A DNA stretch of 64,000 nucleotides from Tubulanus polymorphus (GCF_964204645.1 NC_134026.1:15224150-15288149), one strand, 5' to 3'. Positions 51,148-62,658 are shown, numbered from the stretch's first letter. Numbers and translations are program-made. Notes: generated from the letters alone by a model not told the origin.

Positions 51148-51981
51148 TATCATTTCAACTGTCAAACAATTTATCATTTCAACTGTCAAACAATTTATCA
51201 TTTCAACTGCCAAACAATTTATCATTTCAACTGTCAAACAATTTATCATTTCAACAGTCAAACAATTTATCATTTCAACAGTCAAACAATTTATCATTTC
51301 AACTGTCAAACAATTTATCATTTCAACTGTCAAACAATTTATCATTTCAACTGTCTTATCATTTCAACCGTCAAACAATTTATCATTTCAACTGTCAAAC
51401 AATTTATCATTTCAACTGCCAAACAATTTATCATTTCAACTGTCAAACAATTTATCATTTCAACAGTCAAACAATTTATCATTTCAACAGTCAAACAATT
51501 TATCATTTCAACTGTCAAACAATTTATCATTTCAACTGTCTTATCATTTCAACTGTCAAACAATTTATCATTTCAACTGTCAAACAATTTATCATTTCAA
51601 CTGTCAAAAAATTTATCATTTCAACTGTCAAACAATTTATCATTTCAACTGTCAAACAATTTATCATTTCAACTGTCAAACAATTTATCATTTCAACTGT
51701 CAAACAATTTATCATTTCAACTGTCAAACAATTTATCATTTCAACTGTCAAACAATTTATCATTTCAACTGCCAAACAATTTATCATTTCAACTGTCGAA
51801 CAATTTATCATTTCAACTGCCAAACAATTTATCATTTCAACTGTCGAACAATTTATCATTTCAACTGTCGAACAATTTATCATTTCAACTGTCAAACAAT
51901 TTATCACTTCAACTGTCAAACAATTTATCATTTCAACTGTCAAACAATTTATCACTTCAACTGTCAAACAATTTATCATTT
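51148..51981 (-). repeat. 24-bp minisatellite, inverted copy, ~35 units
   Basis: Tandem array of CATTTCAACTGTCAAACAATTTAT. Confidence 0.95.
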
Positions 51982-52079
51982 CATGCTAAACAATTCATGA
52001 TCTTTAGGATAGTTACTGAAATCAAAATGATGTTTTAATGTTTTTAAATCATCGGTTATGTTATTAGTTTTTTTCATCT

Positions 52080-52688
52080 TTAATATGTGTTATGATATTT
52101 TGATTTAAGATGGTGTGATTTATTGCTTCGAGTATAATATTTTCCACAATTACATAAAACGCTTTCATTAGGATTATATTTAGGCGCAACAATTTCATTA
52201 TCTAAATTACATTGAATTCCAACATCTTTATATGATTTTTCATTTGGAATGTCAGGGATAAATCTCTTTTCTTGTAATCTGAAAAACATAACATAGCATT
52301 CTCTGAATGGGCAATAACTTAAGTGTAAAAATAATGTTTTATGATTTAATAATGTACTTTCATCATTAAAAAGTGATTGCATTTCATCTGTAATTATTAA
52401 ATGTTTATCTATTCCATCAAATGTTGTGAATTTTGGAATTATTGTATTGAATAAGATTTTATCTTTATCATTCGATAACTCTATTATCAGATAGTGATTT
52501 TCAAACACTAATTCAGTAATATTTTTCACTTGAAAACGAAGACGCGCAGTTTTAATCAAATCTTTAATAGGAATGAAATTTTTAATTGTAAAATATTTTT
52601 CTAATTCATTTAAATCGATATCTTTGAACTGTAGTATCTGTTCATTCATATTTATAAGTAATTTTGTTATTAAAATTGATATTTTCAT
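52080..52688 (-). CDS. Right-TIR copy of the zinc-finger hypothetical protein
   Basis: Identical to the protein at 48964-49572 except for two residues (K/E in LVF[K/E]NH, R/S in HL[R/S]YCP). Confidence 0.65.
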   Translation of the reverse strand: MKISILITKLLINMNEQILQFKDIDLNELEKYFTIKNFIPIKDLIKTARLRFQVKNITELVFENHYLIIELSNDKDKILFNTIIPKFTTFDGIDKHLIITDEMQSLFNDESTLLNHKTLFLHLSYCPFRECYVMFFRLQEKRFIPDIPNEKSYKDVGIQCNLDNEIVAPKYNPNESVLCNCGKYYTRSNKSHHLKSKYHNTY

Positions 52689-54515
52689 CAACTCGTTAAT
52701 TACTCGTTACTTTTTATGTTAAAAAATAAGAATTTAACGCACATAAATATAAATATTCACTGTTTTAAATATGAATTATCTCACTTGTTAATTACTCGTT
52801 ACTTTTATACTGAAAATAAGAATTTAACACATATAAATATAATATTCAATGATTTAAATATGAATTATTTCACTCACACTTTACTCACACTTTTTATGTT
52901 TAAAAATCTAACTCATACAAATATAAATATTGAAATATGTTTAAAATATATCTATATATCTATTTAAAAGAGCTCGTTAATTACTCGTTACTTTTTTACT
53001 CACACTTTAATAACACTTTTATATTGAATAATCTATCAATTTATATGTTATTCGCGGAGCGGAGCGGTAGCGAAGTGGAGCGACCAATTGATTTAATACA
53101 ATATGCTTTTTAAATTATTGATATCTTAGAATAAATATTTAGTTTTAATATAAAATGCACACGGTTATGAAAATATATAGTTTTAAATTACTTTTAATGT
53201 TTTGTTTTTTAATTAGCTCGACCGTTCGACCTTTGATCTGAAAGCCCATTACCCCTATTACTTTCATCTAGCCAAAAATAGAGAGACGGCAATGAAATGT
53301 CTCGTATGATATCAACGATAGTAGCTCATGTGATCAGTGGTTATATTCAAATGTACTGCAGTCAGTGTGCATCGTGTGAAAACGTGCCTCAGATACGTGG
53401 CCTAGTTTAAGTTTCCAGGAAATTGGCTGACTTCCAAACTACTGCCAATCATTCTAGCGACTGCCGTTGTAAAGCTGGTAGTGTATATTCGATGCATTGT
53501 TTCGTTTTGAACACATCGTGATGCTCTGGATCTTTTTATCTAGACTATTAGACAAATTTTATATATACAAGGTGAAAAACTTTGTTTGGTGAACTCACAG
53601 AGAGACTCGCAGAGACAATTAGTTTGAGTAGCCTAATAGCAATAATGTTTTCTTAAACTGGCTGCTTACCAATTATCAACAGTTACTTGCCAATCACTAA
53701 CACTATCAATTCAAATAAATTAATTTGATATTTCTAAGATTAAGAATATGCAATTTCATGTAGGCCGATACACTATTGCTGACTCTTTTTCGCTGTATCA
53801 TTTGCTTTTTGAGATTGATTTTTTCTGCTATTTTTGTATGCAACTGGTTGTCCAAATCATTTTGAATGCCCTTTCTATCATATTATTGATTAACTTATGT
53901 TCATTGACAGGCATAGGTATAAGGATGTACTGTGGTCAAGTGTGTCTGTCACTCATGGCAAAATCAGACTTAAAGATAGTTTCTACTCCTCAATCGTAGT
54001 AGGGGGTACCTCGATTCTATGCATTAGGGAACATTGCAGTTTTCCCCCTAAAACAGACGTGAGTGCGTTATTATGTGCCCTTGCTCCGATGGAATCACGC
54101 ACAAAAATGCCCTTATTTGAAATCAGCACCCTGCCCTTTTTAATGCTAGATGAAGCACTGTATTACTATATTGTTTATCATCATAGCTGAACCTGCAGAT
54201 TACAGTCATGTTATGCACCAAGATTTTATCGTTTTATGTGAAGCTATTGAGAATATCACAACAAATCAATTTTCGTGATGAAAAAAAAGAACATATATAG
54301 TACAGCTAAGATTGCATTGGCATTCAGGCACATTCCGAATGCACGTGTTGTGCATTTCAAAGTTTACGATACACATGAACATAACATGTTCAGTTCAACA
54401 CACAAACCTTGTGTAATTAAATGTTAGCATATCAATAAATGCTAGGTTTTGTATATGGTTAAGGCCAAAATGTAGAGGCCATACAAAATGAATCAATGGG
54501 CTAAGCTATGTTTTA

Positions 54516-55037
54516 CAGGGATGATAATTTTCCGCCGTTCGGCGGATTTCAGCCTTTTCGATCAATTTTTATCATTTCTCAGATCGATGCATATCTGTTG
54601 AAAAAAATGGGTGGAGGGTAGGTGACCATAAAAGCTTATCCCGATCTATTTTTAAATACATTATTGATTTTTTTACCGAGTGTTGCTCGCATGTAGTGCT
54701 GAAAAACTGCTTTTGCGGCTCTTTACGTGGCGCTGCCTACATTGTTTTTCTTATGCAAATGAATAGATGATGAGCATCTTGACTCGTCTTGGAACTAGCA
54801 GTGTGTTAATGGTAAAACATAGGACGATGTTGGTTGATTCTCTGAGTGAAATTTCAATGTTAAAACTGCTGAAAAACGATACAATGAGAAAAATCAAAAT
54901 TTGTTACTTCACAATTCATTACTTTGCACCTTCGGCACTCGTGACTGGCAGCTGAAGCCTACGGCGTTTGTTATTTTTAAGTTATTACAAGATTCAATAT
55001 TTTCCACCTTTTTAGTGATGCCCTGTTATCATCCCTG
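54516..55037. mobile_element. hAT-type MITE (522 bp) with 6-bp TSD GTTTTA
   Basis: TIR CAGGGATGATAA / TTATCATCCCTG; GTTTTA at 54510-54515 and 55038-55043. Confidence 0.85.
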
Positions 55038-55158
55038 GTTTTAACCTGACGCCTAGTTATCATAGTATTCAAATAATTTGTTGGGAAAGAGGTTTTCAAA
55101 AATATTTAACAGGAAATTACTTTGTTCCTACTTTAACCTGATTGAATCTTGATTTTAG

Positions 55159-55301
55159 GGAGAATAATCAGTAATAAAAGGGAAGAATTGACCCATATAC
55201 TTGATCAGTTTAACATTCAAGTCGAGAATCCAGTTGCTGTTTTAAATCAGGAAACAAGTCGAAATTTTCTTCATAATTCAAATCCAAATCAAAAATATAA
55301 G
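55159..55301 (+). CDS. SMC6: SMC6 exon ([47 protein letters not shown])
   Basis: SMC5/6 Q-loop region FNIQV.NP...L.QE.SR.FL; phases 1/0 match. Confidence 0.95.
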
Positions 55302-56300
55302 GTGAGTTCCATCACAGTTTGTTTTTGCCAACATTACAATCATACTTGTCCCATTTGGTTTTCTGTTGAGTTAAAAGGGCCAAGTTTTCTGGAGCTCCAA
55401 AAACTCACGGGTACCCGAGATTAACCCTAAGGAAGGCCACATCTCAATAGTAATTCTGCAAACACTTGATTCATTATTGAGATTTTACCTTAAGGCTGGC
55501 TTATGTCGATAAGTGACGTGATGCCTACCAACTTTACCAACGCAACTGAGAGTGACCGCGATTGCAGTCCAGCTTACGTCTGCGCTCTGATTCCCAGCAA
55601 CTGAGGCTGACTAGCGGGATATGAGATCCTCCTAGTTGCTTCCCTGCTTATATCAGTTGTGATTACTGGCAACTACAACGGCTCAGATAGTCACGTGATA
55701 AGCATTTTGAGAATAAATTTAAACTATTTTGGATTATAGGGAAATATATTTTTAGTTGAAATGCTATTTCTTTAAGATCTTCATCTTTCTGATTCTGTTT
55801 GAATACCATGTGCTAGTGACATCATATAGAGAAGGCCGCTTAGACCATAATTCTACCAATTTCGATTCTAGATCATTGGTCCAGCTACTTGCCGTTCTGA
55901 ATTTTGTTTGCGTATGAAACTACTTGAATTTGAGAGTTTGCGACAGAATACTAATAATGCAAACTATCGGACAAAATTTGTACATGTAATATTTTGTCTA
56001 TGATTGTCTGGAATTCCGGCGATCAGTTCCGTGCCGTCACAGATGAGCTTATGTCAGTTGCGATTAAAAGTAACTATCCGCCTACCGTAGGCCGGAGTAG
56101 AACATTGGCAACTAGCCGGATACGGCTTGCGACGAGTCAACTTTTACACGACACGGACTATTACGCGAAAATATATATCGGATCTTCACAAGCTTGGGTC
56201 TCGTCTATTTTTCAGACCCAACAAGTGTTAACTGTTTTTGTTAATGACCATGTGTGGAGCTTTAAGGCTATTGTTCTTCCGTTTTTATTTCTCGTCACAG

Positions 56301-56402
56301 TTCTTCCTGAAAGCCACCCAGCTTGAACAGATGAAACTGGATTATACCTATGCCAATGAGCAGAAGGATATTACTTTGGACATTATTTCTAACAAAGAAA
56401 AG
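56301..56402 (+). CDS. SMC6: SMC6 exon (FFLKATQLEQMKLDYTYANEQKDITLDIISNKEK); the gene continues beyond the window
   Basis: KY.FF.KATQLEQM motif across the splice junction; CAG/GT boundaries; phase 0. Confidence 0.93.
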
Positions 56403-56607
56403 GTATGGCAACAAAATATGTGTATTGCACACATGAGTGAATTGTATGGGTTAAACATTTCATCTTTTTAGCATTGGTTGAGGCCGATGCTTCTTATTTT
56501 CGTAGTAAATTGAAATTGAAATACCGTTAAGTAAATCATTCGGCAGAGCTGAAAATGTCTCAAACGTAATGTTTCTATTATTCCCTGCAACATAGCGTCG
56601 CCAGAGA

Positions 56608-57141
56608 TGGAATCCAGTTATTTTGGGAAGTTTTGAAGACGCTTCAATGAAATGTCTTGATATTAGGGTTACACATGTATCTACCCTAGACACATCTTCA
56701 GCCTAAAATGAGAGAAATTTTGAAGACGTTTTGATCAATTACCTTGATCTTTCGTGTATATTTGTATCACCCAATTGCCCATCAACATAACAAAAATTGG
56801 GTCGACGGGACTCAAGGTGGCCGTCCTATGAACTTTTTAGTGCCCAAAAATGTAAATTTTGGCCTAAATTCCGAGTCCTGTAGCTTCCTACTGGTTTGCC
56901 ATTTCTCATTGCAATTTGTGATGGGTATTCTTTGGAAAGGGATGTTTTATACCTGAAACAGGTATTTTTGATCAGCCAATTATTGCGCAATATGTGGCCA
57001 TCTTGGTGTCATCAGTACTCATTCGTAGGTCGGAAAAAGTTTTTCCACATCATATTGATACCTAAGCACATTGTGTATCACTATCAATTGGAAAGTTATA
57101 GCTCATAACATGTTCTTTTTGGTGAGTTTTAAGGTCATTGG
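56608..57141 (+). mobile_element. HINE-like element, copy 6, cut by the DIRS insertion
   Basis: Homologous to the other copies up to AAGGTCATTGG. Confidence 0.65.
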
Positions 57142-57479
57142 TATTTCCGTCGAGTACTGTACCCTTTCCTATGGTTTTTGCCAATATTTTCTAAATTTGG
57201 ATTTATCGCCATTGGTTTTTCTATACGACCCGGCCCTGCGATATTGCATTTAGCCACCGGCGAAATCCGCCATCTTTTTTCTTGGCGTTCTCGCAGTAGA
57301 ACGCGTTGGATTTTTTCGCCGTAAAAATCTGGGAATTAGGATATTAGGGAGTTTTCACTCTCATAACGGTGAGTCCGTTCGGTTTGGGGGTTATCCCTGG
57401 TTTCTTTTTTTCCGTAAGAATTTTATTTACAAATATAATTTGATTGAATTGAATTGTTTTGATTTGTAACAGGATAATT

Positions 57480-59710
57480 ATGCCACCCCCTCCTAAGGGT
57501 CAGCATCGTGGCGGGGAGGGATGCGGGCATTTGTTTGGCGCCTGGGACAACCACGATTCATGTGCGTCGTGCAGGCGCAAATCCGGTCATATATGTGCAA
57601 GGAGCAATCCTTGCAATATTTGCGTCGTGTGGTCCGAGGACCTTTGGCTTCGGGCCGATAAGGCTCTTAAACTAAGAGATCGTCATCGAGTTAGCAGGGA
57701 TTCGTCGGTTTCGGCCGATGTGCCAACCGACGTTTCTAATCCTGTTTCTTATCGTAAAGCGGAGCGGTCGCCGGTCGTTCAGGTACGATCGGCTTCCCAA
57801 CTCCGTTCACCGGGGAGGAACGCTGGTTCACCGGCACCGGTGGCCGGTCATTCACCGGTCTCTGGTCGTTCACCGGTTCGGCCGTTTCGGCCGGTTCAGA
57901 CTACATGTTCGGAACCGAGCGCGCGCCGCAGTAGTCGCGAACGGCCCGCACCGGTTCGGTCGGTACCGGTCCAGTCCGGCATCGGTCCGGTTCGGCCACC
58001 GGTCCGGTCCAGACGTCGTCCGGTTTAAAACATCCGGTACATTCATCGTCTGATTCTGATCGTCGCTCCGGGGATAGAGCTCGCTCTCCCACTAGATTTA
58101 GACGCCGTGAGCGTAATAAACGAGCAAGATCTCCTTCTCGCAGATCAAGGTTTGATCGCGAGAGGGACTACGATCGTTATTGTCGGAAGTTTCGCCGTCG
58201 GTCTTCTCATCCTTCGTCGACGTCGGGTAGCGATGAAAGCGATTCTTCTAGTAGGTCGCGATCCCGTTCGAGGGACCGTCACCGAAGTCGGCATGATCGT
58301 CGGGATACTGGAAAATACCTGACTCAGAAGGATTTCCATGTATTTGAGGAGAAAATTTTAAACTTGTTATCTTCGTCGCAACAAGTCGCTGCAACTTCTA
58401 CAACAGGTAAGCCTATTCCTGATTGTCCGGTTAGAAGTTCGCCAGCCCACTCAGTTTTTCGGAATTCTGACTCTGAATTCCTGGATGCTGCGGTAGGGTC
58501 TGATTTCAATGAGGATCCAGTCCCAGAAGCGGCAATTCCTTCTGGGGTCGTTCCTGTCGCAAGCAATTGTGGGTTGCCCCAGACGATGGGGGCTTCCCTG
58601 GCTCGCAATGTATCTCCGTCCCGTTCAGTTTTATCCGAACCAGCGGGGGACATGCCATTTAGAGCGATGATAAGTGAGTTCTTTGTCAAGCACGGGGCAA
58701 CTCGCGCTAAGCCCACAGCAGCTCCTCTGGTCGGTGAGTCAATGGAAACTTATCGCCCTCCGGACTCCGATCTTAACGTTTTACGGGAATCGTCAGCGGT
58801 TTCGAGAGAATGGGCTCGATTGGATACGCAATTATGGGGTGAATGTCGGCCTGGAACATTTTCATTTCCCCCTCCAGAACGGGGAATGAAATCTGGGAAA
58901 TATTTTAGTTCAACCGATCCACCTATAGGCGCATTTCGCTCGGCGTATTACGCGACTCCAGGTGCTGTGGATCACAGTCATAACTGCCTGGATGCTGATT
59001 ATACTTTGATCAGCCCGGATACTGTTACAGCACAGTCGGGTATTCGTTTGCCTAAGTCCGGTTTGGTGGCCATGACGTCAATCCTGGACAATCTTACCAG
59101 GGTTGGTTCGTTTCAAGATATGGCACTTAAGGTGTTGACGGGTGAGCTTCGCGAGACTCACGCCGCCGTTCATGCGGGCTCCGACCCAGAGTCAGTTGCC
59201 CTAAAACTGGAGGGAATGGACCGGATTATCCAATCTTTGGCTCGGTCTGTTTCGCATGTAATTCCGTTGTCGGTTCGGGGTCAGGCTAATCTGGTATTAG
59301 CCTCCCGTCAGTCAGTGATGGACTCCAGTTCCAAAACTCGTCTACCGGATATGGTGTCCAATGCTTTGCTGAGAGCCCCATTGGGGACGTCTTCACGTCT
59401 CTTCTCCGGTTGGTGCGCTCCGGTTTCCGCAGAGCTGAGGAAGATTCGGGAGGTTCAGGCCAAGTCCAACCCCCGAACTCCGTGGAAAAAGCGTTCTGGT
59501 CCGACGCCGGCGCAAGGTTCGGCACGGACGCAAACAGGACCATCTCAAACTTCAGCGCTTTCTCAGGCGGCTTCGGATGCCGGTTGGAGAACTAGCGCGC
59601 AACTTCAACAATCGTGTCAAGCCTCGTCCGGTCGTAACAGTTCCGGTTCGTATCGAGGCAAGGGGAAGGCTCCAAAAAGGGGCTCTTCCTTTCGGAAAAA
59701 CTCGAAATGA
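57480..59710 (+). pseudogene. DIRS ORF1 (gag-like): Cys/His-rich N-terminus and RS-rich region; one frameshift at or before ~58028
   Basis: CGH..DNHDSCASCR..HIC..PCNIC..W. The frame of ORF 58364-59710 is open back through the SR-rich stretch to at least ~58030. Confidence 0.8.
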
Positions 59711-61748
59711 ATTCTTGGGACCAGTGGGAGGTTGTCTGCAGCAGGCAGCAACCCACTGGTCCGACCTCTTTGGAGACGGTTTGCCCTCCCGCGTCGTCTC
59801 TCGTGGCTACCGTCTCCGTTTCCTAAGGCGACCGCGCCTGATGAGGTCACCTCCCGACATGCGGCCAAAACCAGGTCAGGAGGCCTTAATCTCTCCGGCT
59901 CTCAAGGAACTGGCAGAGAAGGGAGCGATAGAACCAGTTTGCAACGAAACTTCTCCCGGCTGGTTTTCTCGAATATTCATGGTACCAAAGGCCACAGGGG
60001 GTCAACGGACAGTGATAGATCTGTCATCCCTCAATCGGCACCTAGACATCCCAAGGTTCCGGATGACCAAGCCCAAGGACGTGATTCAAGGGCTCCGTCC
60101 GGGTCAATGGGCGGCTTCATTGGACCTGAAAGATGCTTATTTTCAGGTTCCAATTCACCCAAAATCTCGGCGATTTCTCAGGATAAAGTGGAAAGGCCGC
60201 CAGTTCCAATTCAGGTCTCTTCCATTTGGCCTCAGTACGGCCCCGTGGGTTTTCACCAAGTTGGTCAAGTCAGTTCAGAAGGTACTTCAGTCAAGGGGTG
60301 TTCGACTGTTCGTTTACCTCGACGACTGGTTAATAGTCGCGAATTCGGCTCAGGAATGTCGGGAGGCAATGACCTCAGTCTTGGACTTAGTCCATCAGCT
60401 AGGGTTCCGCGTAAACAGGGAAAAATCTCAGTTGACGCCGGCCCAACAGTTCACTTATCTCGGCATGGACTTCGATCTCCGAATCGGCAAAGTCTTTCCG
60501 TCTATGGCTCGAGTAGCCAAACTTCAAGAAGCTGTAGCGGGAGTGTCCACAACCCCGAGAACAGCTCGTTACTGGTCACGGCTTCTAGGCTCCATCAGCT
60601 CCATGGGTCTGGTGGTGCCCTTAGGCCGCCTCAGAAGCAGGCGCTTGCAACAATATTGGAAGGGCTTCTGGTCTCAGTCGAAGGGCAACTGGGAGGCCTT
60701 GATTCCCGTACCTCCAACCGATCTAAGTCCGGATCTTCAGTGGTGGGCGGCAACTACGAATCTTCGGCTCGGGTTGTCACTAGCCCCATTAGAGGCTCCA
60801 GTTCGTGTATTCACGGATGCCAGTCACCAAGGATGGGGGGCACATCTGGAGAACCGAGTCAAAGCCGGGAGATGGTCTCGCTACGAGGCCACCAACCACA
60901 TAAATTTCCTAGAAATGCTGGCCGTGTGGAAGGCCCTGAAGTTCTTTCACAGGAGAGTGGAGGGCCACCACGTTTGGTTAGCCACAGACAATTCAACAGT
61001 GAGGGCTTACCTTCAGAACCAAGGGGGCACTCACTCAGAAACCCTCACAGGTCTGTCGGCCAAAATTCTTCTTTGGTGCCAGACAAAGGGCGTGTTCCTG
61101 ACTGTGGCACATTTAGCAGGGAAAAGGAACGTGATGGCCGATGCTCTGTCTCGTCGAGGTCAGGCTATTGCGACAGAATGGGTTCTCCACCAAGAAGTAG
61201 CCGATCGGGTTCGGGGCATTTTTGGCAATCCGCTGCTGGATCTGTTTGCCACCCGGTTCAATCGGAGGTGTCCTCTGTTTGTGTCCCCGTTTCCAGATGC
61301 GGAAGCGTGGGGGGTCGATGCCTTCTCTCTGGACTGGTCGGGGATGCATGCGTATGCGTTCCCGCCCACACCAGTCCTGCCGCGCTTACTGGATCAAATA
61401 GAGAGATCAGTCAATTGCAACATAGTTCTGGTAGCACCATGTTGGCCGGCTCAGAAATGTTTCCTACCACTTTTCAACCTACTGTGCGACAACCCCAGGA
61501 TTCTTCCGAATTTCCCATCGCTTCTGTCTCAGGGGAACTTTCGGCATCATCCAAACAGCCAGTGGTTAAATCTGCTCGCCTGGCCATTGTCCAGCGATCG
61601 TTGTCAGCTTCAGGCTTTTCAGAACAGGCTGCCTCCTTTATCGCAGGATCTAAGCGGCCATCAACAAGTACCATTTACGATGCCAAATGGAGTCATTTTG
61701 CGGATTGGTGTGCTGCAGGGGAAATTGATCCATGCTCACCCTCTGTAG
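59577..61748 (+). CDS. DIRS reverse transcriptase - RNase H - DNA methyltransferase-like domain
   Basis: LDLKDAYFQ, LPFGLSTAP, YLDDWL, FTDAS.GWG, HINFLE, TDNSTV, NVMADALSR, DLFAT, YAFPP. Confidence 0.93.
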   Translation: MPVGELARNFNNRVKPRPVVTVPVRIEARGRLQKGALPFGKTRNEFLGPVGGCLQQAATHWSDLFGDGLPSRVVSRGYRLRFLRRPRLMRSPPDMRPKPGQEALISPALKELAEKGAIEPVCNETSPGWFSRIFMVPKATGGQRTVIDLSSLNRHLDIPRFRMTKPKDVIQGLRPGQWAASLDLKDAYFQVPIHPKSRRFLRIKWKGRQFQFRSLPFGLSTAPWVFTKLVKSVQKVLQSRGVRLFVYLDDWLIVANSAQECREAMTSVLDLVHQLGFRVNREKSQLTPAQQFTYLGMDFDLRIGKVFPSMARVAKLQEAVAGVSTTPRTARYWSRLLGSISSMGLVVPLGRLRSRRLQQYWKGFWSQSKGNWEALIPVPPTDLSPDLQWWAATTNLRLGLSLAPLEAPVRVFTDASHQGWGAHLENRVKAGRWSRYEATNHINFLEMLAVWKALKFFHRRVEGHHVWLATDNSTVRAYLQNQGGTHSETLTGLSAKILLWCQTKGVFLTVAHLAGKRNVMADALSRRGQAIATEWVLHQEVADRVRGIFGNPLLDLFATRFNRRCPLFVSPFPDAEAWGVDAFSLDWSGMHAYAFPPTPVLPRLLDQIERSVNCNIVLVAPCWPAQKCFLPLFNLLCDNPRILPNFPSLLSQGNFRHHPNSQWLNLLAWPLSSDRCQLQAFQNRLPPLSQDLSGHQQVPFTMPNGVILRIGVLQGKLIHAHPL

Positions 61749-62658
61749 CTCAATTGGCAGATTTTTTACTGCACCTATTTGTAGTAAAAGGTTTGCAGGT
61801 CATAACTATTAAAGGTTACCGCTCCGCGATTCTCATACATTGCGTGCTTCTGGATGGCCAAATGTAGCAGGGGATCATCGGATATCCCAGCTGGTTGCAG
61901 GGTTTTCTTTTTCCCGGCATCGGGTAACAAGAACAGTTCCACCATGGGATCTGTCTGTAATTTTGAAGAAGTTAATGGAGGCTCCATTTGAACCTCTTTC
62001 GGCAGCGTCATTTGCAAATTTGTCAAAAAAGACTGTATTTTTGCTGTTCTTGGCTTGCTCGGCCCGTCGCTCTGAGATTCATGCGCTTTCAGTTCGACAA
62101 GGTCATATTGTCTTTGGGCCAGCGAATGAATTTGTTTCGCTGCGGCCTGCTTTGGAATTTTTGGCAAAAAACCAACGACCAGGCTCGGTTGGGCGTCAAT
62201 GGCGAATTGAAGCCCTAAAACATCGAGTGGAACCGGGCATCCCGGACAGGACTTTATGTCCGGTGCGGGCATTGTGTTTCTACTTAGATCGCTCTGCTTC
62301 ACGGAGGGGTTCACGGGAGCGGTTATTTATTCCGCTGCTGGATCACCTAAAGGGGGATATTTTGCGGGACACAGTAGCCCGATGGGTCTCTTCAATGATC
62401 AAGGACATTTTATTGAAGGAGAATCTTTCCTCGGAGGGAGTCGTTTCTCATCAAGTGAGGTCTATGGCTACTTCCTGCGCAGCCTTTTCGGGTGCTCCGT
62501 TGGAGGAGGTCTGTCGGGCCGCCTTTTGGAATTCACCGTCGACATTCACGTCATTTTATTTACGGGATGTTTCAGGTCAGTTAGGCTCATTAGCTTCACT
62601 TGGTCCTGTTGTCATGGCTCAAGGTGTCCGTTCTTTCCGATCGGACCCTTTAGTGTAG
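59732..62658 (+). pseudogene. DIRS tyrosine recombinase ORF overlapping RT; 1-bp frameshift near 61831
   Basis: N-terminal core-binding region ST..IY..KW..F..WC in ORF 59732-61867; catalytic R (SARRSEI), HxxR (HQVR) and Y (FTSFY) in ORF 61840-62658. Confidence 0.88.

Larger units (their letters stand above)
48386..53262. mobile_element. Non-autonomous Polinton/Maverick-like element, 4,877 bp, lacking core genes
   Basis: Termini AGTAATAGGGGTAATGGG...CCCATTACCCCTATTACT; 6-bp TSD TTCATC (48380-48385, 53263-53268); near-identical TIRs of ~1.28 kb of unique sequence plus minisatellite; markedly AT-rich. Confidence 0.8.

Noticed and set aside
49668-51981. CRISPR-like array
   Set aside because: The units abut with no unique spacers, there are no cas genes, and the context is eukaryotic.
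49670-52000. ORFs made of MINCLTVE, STVKQFII or YHFNCQTI repeats
   Set aside because: By-products of a stop-poor 24-bp minisatellite; 17-bp variant units shift the frame freely.
48386-53262. Bacterial or viral contaminant joined by misassembly
   Set aside because: An exact 6-bp TSD and host-type repeats on both sides indicate a true insertion within an SMC6 intron.
58020-58032. Programmed -1 frameshift at TTTAAAA in DIRS gag
   Set aside because: The heptamer is not in X_XXY_YYZ phase with the upstream frame (it reads GTT TAA); an ordinary indel is more likely.
59732-61867. 711-aa ORF overlapping RT as a novel overprinted gene
   Set aside because: It is the N-terminal extension of the YR ORF, a known DIRS1 arrangement.
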